From Verrucomicrobiales bacterium (lineage in GTDB: Bacteria > Verrucomicrobiota > Verrucomicrobiia > Limisphaerales > JAYPEY01), in the NCBI GenBank assembly GCA_038126035.1, contig JAYPEY010000005.1, positions 60,753-124,752 on the forward strand: DNA of 64,000 nucleotides, read 5' to 3'. The position numbers were made by a program, and so were the translations under genes. The notes beneath the pieces are model-generated. The model saw only the letters and a program-made list of their open reading frames with translations, was not told the origin of the DNA and searched no databases. Below are positions 37,373-45,386 of this stretch, one piece after another. Position 1 is the first letter of the stretch; each line of letters starts with the position of its first letter.

Positions 37373-37897
37373 TCAGATCGAAAGATCTTCCAGATCAAAC
37401 CCATCGTCCTCTTCGGACGGTGGGTTTTTTTGTCGGTTCAAACCGTCGAGCAGGGCTCCCTGGAAGAAGCCGCAAAGCTGCATCGCGGCGAGGAGCGGCG
37501 CCAGTTTCGGATTGGCGCGCATCATTTCCTCCCCGCCCTCGGAGGGCGATCCCGCGCGCGCCCAGCAGCCGATGCGGACGTCGTTGAGCGCCTGCAGCAG
37601 GAGATCCACCTCCTCCGTGGTCAGCCGCATCAGCAGGAAGCCCTCGGTCTCCTCGAAGCGACTCTCGTCCGACAACAGCTTCAGAATGCGCTTGCGGACC
37701 TCCGCCTGCTCCTCGCGCAGGGACTGATCCGCCACCTCGCGTCCGTCGGGCAGCTCTTCCTCGTTCATGGTGCGGCAGAGTTCGAAGTAGGAGACCTTGA
37801 GCGCCGGATACTTCAGGCAGAGCTGCCGGAGGACCTTCCGACCGCGCGGCTCAATGAGGAAAACCAGCGTGTCGTCGTTGGCTTCGAGAAAATTCAC
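37373..37897 (-). CDS. DUF2017-like protein, translationally coupled to clpS
   Basis: ATGA overlap with clpS (37894..37897). The helical acidic protein has blocks that recall actinobacterial DUF2017 (EEVDLLLQALNDVRIGCW...; LCGFFQGALLDGL). The family call is from memory. Confidence 0.6.
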   Translation of the reverse strand: MNFLEANDDTLVFLIEPRGRKVLRQLCLKYPALKVSYFELCRTMNEEELPDGREVADQSLREEQAEVRKRILKLLSDESRFEETEGFLLMRLTTEEVDLLLQALNDVRIGCWARAGSPSEGGEEMMRANPKLAPLLAAMQLCGFFQGALLDGLNRQKNPPSEEDDGFDLEDLSI

Positions 37898-38205
37898 GAC
37901 CCGTCGCGCTCCATGGTCGCGTGCAGGCTGTACTTGTGCAGCTGATGAACGTAGTGCTCCGCCTTTTCCATGGTCTCGCGGACCAGAATGCTCTTGCCCT
38001 GCTTGTGCACCTGCATCATGTGACGTTCCGCCCGCGCCTTCGTCCAGCCGAACACGACCTGGAAGACGTGGGTGACATAATCCATGAGATTCACCGGATC
38101 GTCCCAGCAGATCACCACATAACCCGGATCGAGCTCCTCCTGCTCGCGGGTCTTCGTGTCCTGGTCCGGCCTCGGCAGGACCTGCGGTGTCGCGCTGTCA
38201 TCCAC
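37894..38205 (-). CDS. clpS: ATP-dependent Clp protease adaptor ClpS
   Basis: PGYVVICWDDPVNLMDYVTHVFQVVFGWTKARAERHMMQVHKQGKSILVRETMEKAEHYVHQLH. Confidence 0.92.
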   Translation of the reverse strand: MDDSATPQVLPRPDQDTKTREQEELDPGYVVICWDDPVNLMDYVTHVFQVVFGWTKARAERHMMQVHKQGKSILVRETMEKAEHYVHQLHKYSLHATMERDGS

Positions 38206-38271
38206 GACGCGAGCTTAGCAAATGCGGGGGACTTGTCCAGTTGGGCGCCAGGCGCTGGTTTCACGCCGGTA

Positions 38272-38424
38272 TCACAATGAGATATTCGCGGGGGAAACAT
38301 CGGTCTGAATGACTCCGGCGGCCTTCAACTCATCCAAAGCGGCTTCTATCAACAACCAGTCCTCAGCCCCGAACTGGTCGATCTTCTCCGCTTCCCCGAA
38401 TAATCTCTTTGAGATGTCTCCCAT
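38272..38424 (-). CDS. possible 50-aa small protein (below the ORF-track cutoff)
   Basis: ATG 38424 to TGA 38274..38272: MGDISKRLFGEAEKIDQFGAEDWLLIEAALDELKAAGVIQTDVSPANISL. It looks more protein-like than the S/N-rich N-terminal part of the overlapping + ORF 38309..38692. Confidence 0.3.
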   Translation of the reverse strand: MGDISKRLFGEAEKIDQFGAEDWLLIEAALDELKAAGVIQTDVSPANISL

Positions 38425-38455
38425 CGCTCAAAGCAGTCGATCTCCCGTCGTTTCC

Positions 38456-38692
38456 ATGGAGCTTGTTGCGGACGGCCGAAGATTCAAGGTCGCAAAGTCC
38501 AATTCAAACAACCTCTTGCTTGCCGAACCGGCGCAGATTTCCCCGGGGCCGGCCGAATTGACTGTGATCATCGAAGATCAAACCGCCAAGTTCCGGTTTT
38601 TCATCGCGGCCCAGGTTGATGGGAGACGCGTGGAGTTGCGCGTGGAGGAGGCGCTGGCTGGAGCAACAGTGGCCAACGGAGACGCAAACTGA
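38456..38692 (+). CDS. hypothetical small protein (78 aa)
   Basis: Internal ATG of ORF 38309..38692: MELVADGRRFKVAKSNSNNLLLAEPAQISPGPAELTVIIEDQTAKFRFFIAAQVDGRRVELRVEEA.... It is in a lower-GC patch and ends 13 nt before the left REP. Confidence 0.35.
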   Translation: MELVADGRRFKVAKSNSNNLLLAEPAQISPGPAELTVIIEDQTAKFRFFIAAQVDGRRVELRVEEALAGATVANGDAN

Positions 38693-38705
38693 CGTGGATT
38701 GTTGG

Positions 38706-39669
38706 CCGGACCGCGGGTCTGTGACCCGCAGCAACGCCCGAACTATCCTGGCAGCTTCAGCATGCCAACCGAATCGCGAAATCGGGCGCTGCTCCACGGC
38801 CAGTCCGCCGGATCCAGAACCAGTTTTGCTTTGGTTGGATTGTGTTCGATGTAGCGAACCGTCCTTCGTTCATGCTGCGCGTCACGCATATAGGTGTCAA
38901 AGTAGTCCTCCGCCCAGAAGGAGCCGTGTTTCTTCAGAACACGGTTTGCCAGACGTCCCGTATGCTTTTTCCAGGCGCCGACGATATCCGCCATGGATGC
39001 GCCACCCACCTTGAAAAGGACATGAACGTGATTCGGCATGATGCACCATGAGCGCAATTCGTACCGATACTCAATTGGATCGTCGCAAGCGCTATCGCGG
39101 CCTGGCCGCTTCGCGGATGCAGAGAATCCTGAATGGTTCAATATGTTGCTCTCGACCAACCCGGCGATTTCGGACTGCCTCAAACAGCATTCGCCACTGC
39201 CGCGATCGAGGTAAGCTTCCAGTTCAATCCGGCGTTGCTTGTCATCCTCAATTCTCCACAGGTGTTCCCATTCAGATCGAAGCGCGTTCGGAAAGGTGTC
39301 CGCGAGACGGAAGGTGACAAACTGCGTCAATTCCGGCTCATCACGATGAGGCAGGTATCCGCGTTCGTGCCAGCCGCGGAACCTGCGGCTGGCGGCATCC
39401 TTGTCCTTCTTGGAGGACCATTGTTGTTTTCCCGCAACCAGGTTCCGCACCCCCGGGTTGTATGGCGGACTGGGTTGCGGTCGCTCCTTCGATTGACTCA
39501 CGACGGTATTTGGCCATGGCGGCGGCAGCCGCGCAAGTTCCGACGTTGCTGTGGCTTCAGCGGACCGCGGCTTCGTGTGCCGCAGCGACTTGGGAGAACG
39601 CGACGCCTCGGATTGGTTGGACGCCCCGGAACTCCGGGGGTTGCTGCGGGTCACAGACCCGCGGTCCGG
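38706..39669 (-). mobile_element. REPtron: RAYT (IS200/IS605-like Y1 transposase) flanked by two inverted REP copies
   Basis: ccggaccgcgggtctgtgacccgcagcaac (38706..38735) is the exact reverse complement of gttgctgcgggtcacagacccgcggtccgg (39640..39669). Each copy contains the hairpin GCGGGTC-nnn-GACCCGC. Confidence 0.8.
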
Positions 39670-39675
39670 GCGCAC
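38743..39675 (-). CDS. REP-associated tyrosine transposase (RAYT, Y1_Tnp family)
   Basis: RGYLPHRDEPELTQFVTFRLADTFP, the HUH motif in WCIMPNHVHVLF, WKKHTG, and the catalytic Tyr block VRYIEHNPTKAKLV. This is the maximal ORF; its first ~10 codons overlap the right REP, so the true start is probably an internal GTG/CTG (for example 39501 or 39450). Confidence 0.85.
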   Translation of the reverse strand: MRPDRGSVTRSNPRSSGASNQSEASRSPKSLRHTKPRSAEATATSELARLPPPWPNTVVSQSKERPQPSPPYNPGVRNLVAGKQQWSSKKDKDAASRRFRGWHERGYLPHRDEPELTQFVTFRLADTFPNALRSEWEHLWRIEDDKQRRIELEAYLDRGSGECCLRQSEIAGLVESNILNHSGFSASAKRPGRDSACDDPIEYRYELRSWCIMPNHVHVLFKVGGASMADIVGAWKKHTGRLANRVLKKHGSFWAEDYFDTYMRDAQHERRTVRYIEHNPTKAKLVLDPADWPWSSARFRDSVGMLKLPG

Positions 39676-39693
39676 GTCCTCCGGACGCGCCCG

Positions 39694-40341
39694 TCACTCC
39701 CCAAAAAACCCACACTCCATTTCCACGGCGTCCGCAAGCCGTTCCAGATACTCGTCGCGGGAAATATGTCTCGCGCCCAACTGTTCGGTGATCGGCGTCA
39801 ACATCTGGACGTCGAACAGCGCATAGCCCTGCTCATTCAGCCGCCCGACCAGGTGATGCAGCGCGACCTTGGACGCCTCCGACTCGCGATGAAACATCGA
39901 CTCACCCGCGAACAGGCCGCCGACCGACACGCCGTAGACACCGCCGACCAACCTGCCATCCCGCCAGCATTCCACACTGTGCGCGTGTCCGGCCTCGTGC
40001 AGCGCGGTGTAGGCATCGATGAACTCCGGACCGATCCAGTTGCCGTCCTTGCGCGCCGTGGCGCAGCCTTCCATCACCTCGACAAAGGCCTCGTCCGTGG
40101 TGATCTCAAAGGGCTCCCGTCGCAGGGTCTTGGCGAAGCTTTTGGAAATGTGGAATTCGTCCAGCTCGAGGATCGCGCGCGGATCAGGCGACCACCAGGT
40201 GATCGGATCGCAGCTCCAGGGGAAGATCCCGCTCCGGTAGGCGAGCAGCAACCGATCGACCTGCAGATCGCCGCCGATGGCGACCAGGCCGTCGGAGTTC
40301 GCCTCGCGCGGATCGGGGAACCAGAGAGGCGCGTCGGACAT
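39694..40341 (-). CDS. aat: leucyl/phenylalanyl-tRNA--protein transferase
   Basis: LLLAYRSGIFPWSCDPITWWSPDPRAIL, HSVECWRDGRLVGGVYGVSVGGLFAGESMF, ALFDVQMLTP. Confidence 0.92.
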   Translation of the reverse strand: MSDAPLWFPDPREANSDGLVAIGGDLQVDRLLLAYRSGIFPWSCDPITWWSPDPRAILELDEFHISKSFAKTLRREPFEITTDEAFVEVMEGCATARKDGNWIGPEFIDAYTALHEAGHAHSVECWRDGRLVGGVYGVSVGGLFAGESMFHRESEASKVALHHLVGRLNEQGYALFDVQMLTPITEQLGARHISRDEYLERLADAVEMECGFFGE

Positions 40342-40359
40342 GATTCGGCGCGCCTCCCT

Positions 40360-41838
40360 TCACCAACCGCCGCCCAATGCCTGGATCAGATTCACGCCGG
40401 CTGCCCGCTGCATGCCGCGGAGCGCGTTCTCAGCCAGCTGCGCCTGGAGTCGATCGCGCTCGGAATCCATGACCTCGAAGTAGTCCGCCAATCCGCTTTC
40501 ATGTCGAGCCCTGGCGGCTTCGGCGGCCTGGTCCGCCGCGCCGACGGCTTCCTTTCGAGCCACGGCTTCACGGGAAAGACTCTTCAAATCCAACAGGGCG
40601 TCATCCACCTCGCGGACGGCGGCCAGCAGGGTTCCGCGATAGCTGGCGGCGGCTTCCCGCCACTGCGCCTTGACCTCGGCGACCGAGGATTTGCGGCGAC
40701 CGGATTGAAAGACGGGCACATCAATCTGCGGCCCGATATCGAAGAATCCGCTGCCGCTGTCGAAGAGGTTGCTGGTCCTGAGGCTGGCCACGCCGCCGCT
40801 GCCGTTGAGCGTGATGCGGGGGAGAAAGTCCGCCTTCCGGATGCCGACCTGCGCCGCCGCCGCGCGGAGGCTTCGATCCGCGGCGCGCAGATCGGAACGA
40901 CGAACCAACAACTCCGAAGGCACGCCGGCGGGAATCTTGACCTGTTCGATGGAGTTCCCGCCGGCGCCGGTTGAGAGCTTCGCGTCAAAATCCGCGGGAG
41001 CCTGCCCGATCAACGCCGCAATGGCGTGGCGGATTCGGCCGAGGTTTCGGGCGGCCGCCTCCTCGGACGCGCGGGCGTTGCTCAACTCGACCTTGGCCCG
41101 CGCAACATCGATCTCCACGCCGCTTCCGAGGTCGAGGCGCGACTGCTGCAGTGCCAGGCGTTCCTCACGCAGACGTGCTGCATCGCGAAGAATCGTCAAA
41201 TCGTCGGTCGCCGTGCGCCAGGCGAAGTATTGCCGGGCCAGTTCGCCCTGCATCGAGAGCAGGGCCGCGCGGTATTCCAGTTCAGCCGCCTCGGCGCGGA
41301 GGCTGTCGCGCTTGACGGCGCCGCGCACACGTCCCCAGAGGTCCAGCTCCCAACTCGCGCTCATGCCGAGGCGGTAGCGCTCGTATTCGGGCATGGCGAT
41401 GGGAAACAAGAGGTTGTTCACCGAATCGCGGCGACGCCCGGCGGCGGCGTCCGCTGTGACCGTCGGCAGCAGCGGCCCGCGGCTGATGCCCAAGACGGCA
41501 AAGCTCTGGTCCACCCTCGCCAGGGCCGCCTCCAGGTCTGGGTTGGCGGCCTCGAGCTGTTGCATGAGCAAATCCAGGGACGGGTCGCCGAAGACCCGCC
41601 ACCAATTGCCTGATTCGGCCGGGGGTGTGGGTCTTGCCGATTCGTCAGCGTGGGCGAACCTGGCCGGAGCGGTTGGCAGGCCCTCGCCTTCTTCCGGGCT
41701 GCGTTGTGAAACGTAGGAGGCGCAGCCCGTGAGCAGCAGGAGGGCGGCGAGCGCGGAGGAAAAACGTAGGATCGTGGCGCAACTGTTATTCGAAATCCAT
41801 TGCAACGACGGGCGAACCCACCCCGATTCCATTCTCAT
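40360..41838 (-). CDS. RND efflux outer-membrane factor lipoprotein (NodT family)
   Basis: Lipobox ALLLLTGCAS. Two TolC-like repeats (WWRVFGDPSLDLLM..., LPRITLNGSGG...). Candidate start ATGs at 41838 and 41832 lie inside a repeat unit, so the start is uncertain. Confidence 0.88.
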   Translation of the reverse strand: MRMESGWVRPSLQWISNNSCATILRFSSALAALLLLTGCASYVSQRSPEEGEGLPTAPARFAHADESARPTPPAESGNWWRVFGDPSLDLLMQQLEAANPDLEAALARVDQSFAVLGISRGPLLPTVTADAAAGRRRDSVNNLLFPIAMPEYERYRLGMSASWELDLWGRVRGAVKRDSLRAEAAELEYRAALLSMQGELARQYFAWRTATDDLTILRDAARLREERLALQQSRLDLGSGVEIDVARAKVELSNARASEEAAARNLGRIRHAIAALIGQAPADFDAKLSTGAGGNSIEQVKIPAGVPSELLVRRSDLRAADRSLRAAAAQVGIRKADFLPRITLNGSGGVASLRTSNLFDSGSGFFDIGPQIDVPVFQSGRRKSSVAEVKAQWREAAASYRGTLLAAVREVDDALLDLKSLSREAVARKEAVGAADQAAEAARARHESGLADYFEVMDSERDRLQAQLAENALRGMQRAAGVNLIQALGGGW

Positions 41839-41881
41839 TTTCGGCTTCGCCGGAGAATGGAATATCCCCTCCCGAGAGGGG
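41809..41881 (-). repeat. structured ~75-nt repeat, unit 1 (hairpin CCCCTC-N4-GAGGGG ... GGGGTGGGTTCGC)
   Basis: The reverse strand reads cccctctcgggaggggatattccattctccggcgaagccgaaaatgagaatggaatcggggtgggttcgcccg. It is related to units 2 and 3, with indels. Confidence 0.7.
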
Positions 41882-41910
41882 ACCAACGCAAGAAAGCGCC
41901 ACACGCCAGG

Positions 41911-41986
41911 CCCCCTCCTGGGAGGGGATATTCTTCTCCGCCGACGTAGTCGGTTTGGAGGAGCAGAATTGGGGTGGGTTCGCGCG
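41911..41986 (+). repeat. structured ~75-nt repeat, unit 2
   Basis: ccccctcctgggaggggatattcttctccgccgacgtagtcggtttggaggagcagaattggggtgggttcgcgcg. By manual alignment about 60 of 76 positions are identical to unit 3. It is inverted relative to unit 1, with a 29-nt spacer. Confidence 0.8.
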
Positions 41987-42005
41987 TTGAACATAGGGCT
42001 GTTTC

Positions 42006-45000
42006 CTAAATCGCCGGGACATCCTCCAACTCACCCGCGGCTTCATCCTCGCCCCCGGTCAGGCGCTTGCGCGGATCCAGCGTCGCATAGACCACGCTCA
42101 ACACGGCCGGCACCAGGACCAATGTGAAGATCGTCGACACCAGCAACCCGCCGACCACCACCGCGCCCAGGCCGCGGTACAATTCCGAACCCGCGCCCGG
42201 CAGCAGCACGAGCGGGATCATGCCGCCGACCGAGGTCAGCGAGCCCATCAGGATCGGACGCACGCGTGATTTCACCGACTCGACGATCGCCTCCTGCGGC
42301 GTGTGCGCAATCTCAGGATGATTGAGGAAGTTCAGGGTCTGATGAATGATCAGGATGGCGTTGTTCACCACCACGCCGGCGAGCAGCACAAATCCCAGAA
42401 TACTCAGCATGTCGAGGTTTTGAATCGGCATGTAGCGGTCCGTCACGCTCCACAGGTGCACGGCGAACAGCCCCAGGAATCCGCCCAAGGTCGCCAGGGG
42501 AACGGTCAACATGATCACCACCGGCGAGCTCCAACTCTGGAACAGGACCACCAACACGAGGTAGACCACGAGAAAGGCCAGGAACAGGGAGCTCGAAACC
42601 GTCCCCAGCAGGCCGCCGGCCCCGAGCAACGCGGTCTTGATCTCATTCAACTTGCCCGCCGATCCCGCGAGCCCGACCTCCATGCCCGGCGCGATCACGC
42701 CGCCCTGCTTCAACTGCCCCACCATCGCGTTGACGTCGTCAATCGCCGTTTCCAAGGGCATGCCTGTCGGCGGCGTGAACTGCAGGGTCACCGCGCGCGA
42801 ACGATCGACGTGCCGTATCTCGTTCGGTCCGCGCACCCGGTCCACCTGCGCCAGCGTCCGCAGGTCCACAATGGCGCCCGTGCGTGTGGCGATGGGCGCG
42901 TTGAGGATGCCGTCGACTGGATTGTCGCCCGACGCGTCCTTGCTGATCACCTTGAGGTCGCGCAATTCGCCGTTCTGTTCGTAGTCGCGGAAGAAAAGGA
43001 TGCCGTCGCCGCTCGCCTGCGCCGCCAAGCCGACGTCGCGACGGTTCAGTCCGACCTTGAGCAGCGCGCGATCGTCGGGAACAACGCGCAACTCCGTCGA
43101 AGGCATGGAGAAATTGGCCGGGTCGGGATTCACGCTGTAAGGTCCAAACTTCTCCATCAGTCCGAACATCAGGGCCTGCGTCGCGGCGATGACCTGGTCG
43201 AGATCGCGTCCCTTCAGATCGATCTTGATGGCCGAGCCCGTGTTCCCTCCCACTCGGAAAAGCGGCATCTGAAACGCAAAGGATATGGCGTCGGGCGCGT
43301 TGTGCCCGCCCGCCGATTGGTTCAGCAGCGGGATCAGATCGACGACCTTCTCCTTCTCCGCGGAGATCGCGCCGTGAAACATCCGGCCCTCGAAGCTGAC
43401 GAGAAAGTAATTGTCGATGGGCGGGGGCATGACCTCCATCTGGGAGCCGTCCGGCGTCCGTTGAACAACCGGCGTGCGCCGGTCCTCCTTGGGCTCGTCG
43501 CCGCGGGCGACCGCCTCCACGGCGAACTGATCCGGGGCCGCGTCCCAGGCGGGCTTGATCACCCTCTCAATGCGTTCGCCCATCTGGGTGAGCTGGTCGA
43601 GGTTGTATCCCGGCGGCGGTATGATCATGCCGAAGACAATGTTGCGGTTGCCCTTGGGCAGGTAATCGAGCGGCGGGGTCAGCCACCTGATGCCGACCAC
43701 CGTCCCGAGTGTAAAGACGACGATGACCAGGATCCGCGCCGCCCAACTCCGGTTCACGGCGGCCACCAGGCGCGCGACCAGGGCGGGGAAGGAATTCAGG
43801 ACCCGATGGAGAAAGTCCAAGGGATGAAAGCCGCGTCGCTTGACGTTCTCATGCTCCGGATGCCCCTCGCCCGAATGCAGCAACCTGGCGGCCGCAGCGG
43901 GAATCACGGTCAGGGAAACGACCAGGCTCAAGGCCACCGCCGCCATGATCGCGTAGGCGATGTCCTTGAACAACTGTCCTGCCGTCTCCTGGATCAGCAG
44001 GATCGGGAAGAAGACCGCCATCGTCGTGACGGTCGACGCCAATACGGCCCCAGCGACCTCGCTGGCCCCGTCGTTCGCCGCGCGCCAGGGCGACTTGCCC
44101 ATCTCCAGATGGCGATAGATGTTCTCGATCACCACGATGGCATTGTCCACGACCATGCCGACCGCAAAGGCCATGCCCGCCAGCGAGATGATGTTCACCG
44201 TTCGCCCCAGAGCGACCAGCACAACGATCGCGCCGACGACCGAGATCGGAATCGCCATGGCGATGATGCCGACAGCGCGGTAGGAGCGCAGGAAGAACAA
44301 CAGTGTCAGGGTCGCCAGGACGCCGCCGATCACGATGTTGTTCTGCACGAGCTGGATGGCGTCCTGCACGTAGGTTGTGGCGTCGTAGACCTGGACGAGC
44401 TCGAGCTTTCCATTGAGTCCCAGTTCACGCGCGCGCTCCTCGAGCAGGCCTCCCGGCGCGTTCATCGCGGCGATCTCGGCCTTGATGCGGTCCATCGTGG
44501 CGATGAGGTTGCCGCCGCGCTGGAGCAGGAAATTGAAGAAGGGCATCTGATGTCCGCGCGCCCGGGCCCAGTCGGTCTTCTCCTTGTGCGTCATCACCAC
44601 CTCGGCGACGTCGCGGAGATAGACCGGACCGGAGGCGTCGCGGCGGATGAGCGTGTTCAGCATGGACTCCGCGGTTTCGAATCGACCGACAGACCGCACC
44701 CGGATGTCGCGCTTGCCCTCCACCACCTTGCCGGCGGAATAGTTCTGATTTGAGACGCGGATGACGTCGCTCAACTGCGCCCAGGTCACGCCGCGCTCAG
44801 CCAGGTCCCGGGCATCAACGCGGATCTGCATTTCGGCCTGCCGCCCCCCGCGCACGCCGACCTGCGACACGCCTTCCAGCCGCTCGAAGCGGGGCTTCAT
44901 CCGTCGCTCCATGAAGTCGTAGAGCGTGGTTGTGTCGAAGTCGGGATCCGTGGAGGAAAGTCCGACCCAGGCAATGAAATCGACAGACTCGGGGTCGATG

Positions 45001-45386
45001 TCCTCAACCACGGGTTGCAGCACGGCCTCGGGATAACCTGGAACTTCGTCGAGTTTCTGCAGGACCTCCGCCTTGGCGGCTTCGAGATCCGTGCCGGTGG
45101 CGAATTCCAGACGCACCGTACCCTGCCCCGCCTGGCTGTTGCTGGTCATGGAGACGAGATTCTTCGTCTCGCCCAGGACCTTCTCCTGCTCCTCGACGAT
45201 GTCGCTCTCAATCTCCTCGGCCGATGCGCTCTCCCATCGGGTGGTGACGGAGATCACGACCGAATCCACCTCCGGCTTCATCTGCACCGGCACGCGCGTG
45301 AAGGCCATCAGGCCGCCCAGCAGGCAGAGCCCGACGCCGACGCCCACCGAAATCGGCTGCCGGATGCAGTAATCGACCAGTTTCAT
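42006..45386 (-). CDS. RND efflux transporter permease (AcrB/HAE1-like)
   Basis: 1126 aa with a 12-TM architecture. N-terminus MKLVDYCIRQPISVGVGVGLCLLGGLMAF. Also typical: VDNAIVVIENI. Confidence 0.95.
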   Translation of the reverse strand: MKLVDYCIRQPISVGVGVGLCLLGGLMAFTRVPVQMKPEVDSVVISVTTRWESASAEEIESDIVEEQEKVLGETKNLVSMTSNSQAGQGTVRLEFATGTDLEAAKAEVLQKLDEVPGYPEAVLQPVVEDIDPESVDFIAWVGLSSTDPDFDTTTLYDFMERRMKPRFERLEGVSQVGVRGGRQAEMQIRVDARDLAERGVTWAQLSDVIRVSNQNYSAGKVVEGKRDIRVRSVGRFETAESMLNTLIRRDASGPVYLRDVAEVVMTHKEKTDWARARGHQMPFFNFLLQRGGNLIATMDRIKAEIAAMNAPGGLLEERARELGLNGKLELVQVYDATTYVQDAIQLVQNNIVIGGVLATLTLLFFLRSYRAVGIIAMAIPISVVGAIVVLVALGRTVNIISLAGMAFAVGMVVDNAIVVIENIYRHLEMGKSPWRAANDGASEVAGAVLASTVTTMAVFFPILLIQETAGQLFKDIAYAIMAAVALSLVVSLTVIPAAAARLLHSGEGHPEHENVKRRGFHPLDFLHRVLNSFPALVARLVAAVNRSWAARILVIVVFTLGTVVGIRWLTPPLDYLPKGNRNIVFGMIIPPPGYNLDQLTQMGERIERVIKPAWDAAPDQFAVEAVARGDEPKEDRRTPVVQRTPDGSQMEVMPPPIDNYFLVSFEGRMFHGAISAEKEKVVDLIPLLNQSAGGHNAPDAISFAFQMPLFRVGGNTGSAIKIDLKGRDLDQVIAATQALMFGLMEKFGPYSVNPDPANFSMPSTELRVVPDDRALLKVGLNRRDVGLAAQASGDGILFFRDYEQNGELRDLKVISKDASGDNPVDGILNAPIATRTGAIVDLRTLAQVDRVRGPNEIRHVDRSRAVTLQFTPPTGMPLETAIDDVNAMVGQLKQGGVIAPGMEVGLAGSAGKLNEIKTALLGAGGLLGTVSSSLFLAFLVVYLVLVVLFQSWSSPVVIMLTVPLATLGGFLGLFAVHLWSVTDRYMPIQNLDMLSILGFVLLAGVVVNNAILIIHQTLNFLNHPEIAHTPQEAIVESVKSRVRPILMGSLTSVGGMIPLVLLPGAGSELYRGLGAVVVGGLLVSTIFTLVLVPAVLSVVYATLDPRKRLTGGEDEAAGELEDVPAI

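Noticed and set aside
39133-40974. 613-aa + ORF spanning RAYT, aat and NodT
   Set aside because: It crosses three well-supported minus-strand genes and one intergenic REP, and its translation is featureless.
42303-44753. 816-aa + ORF inside the RND permease gene
   Set aside because: It is a shadow ORF typical of GC-rich DNA; its H/R/D/G-rich translation has no TM pattern. The minus strand encodes a full AcrB-like protein.
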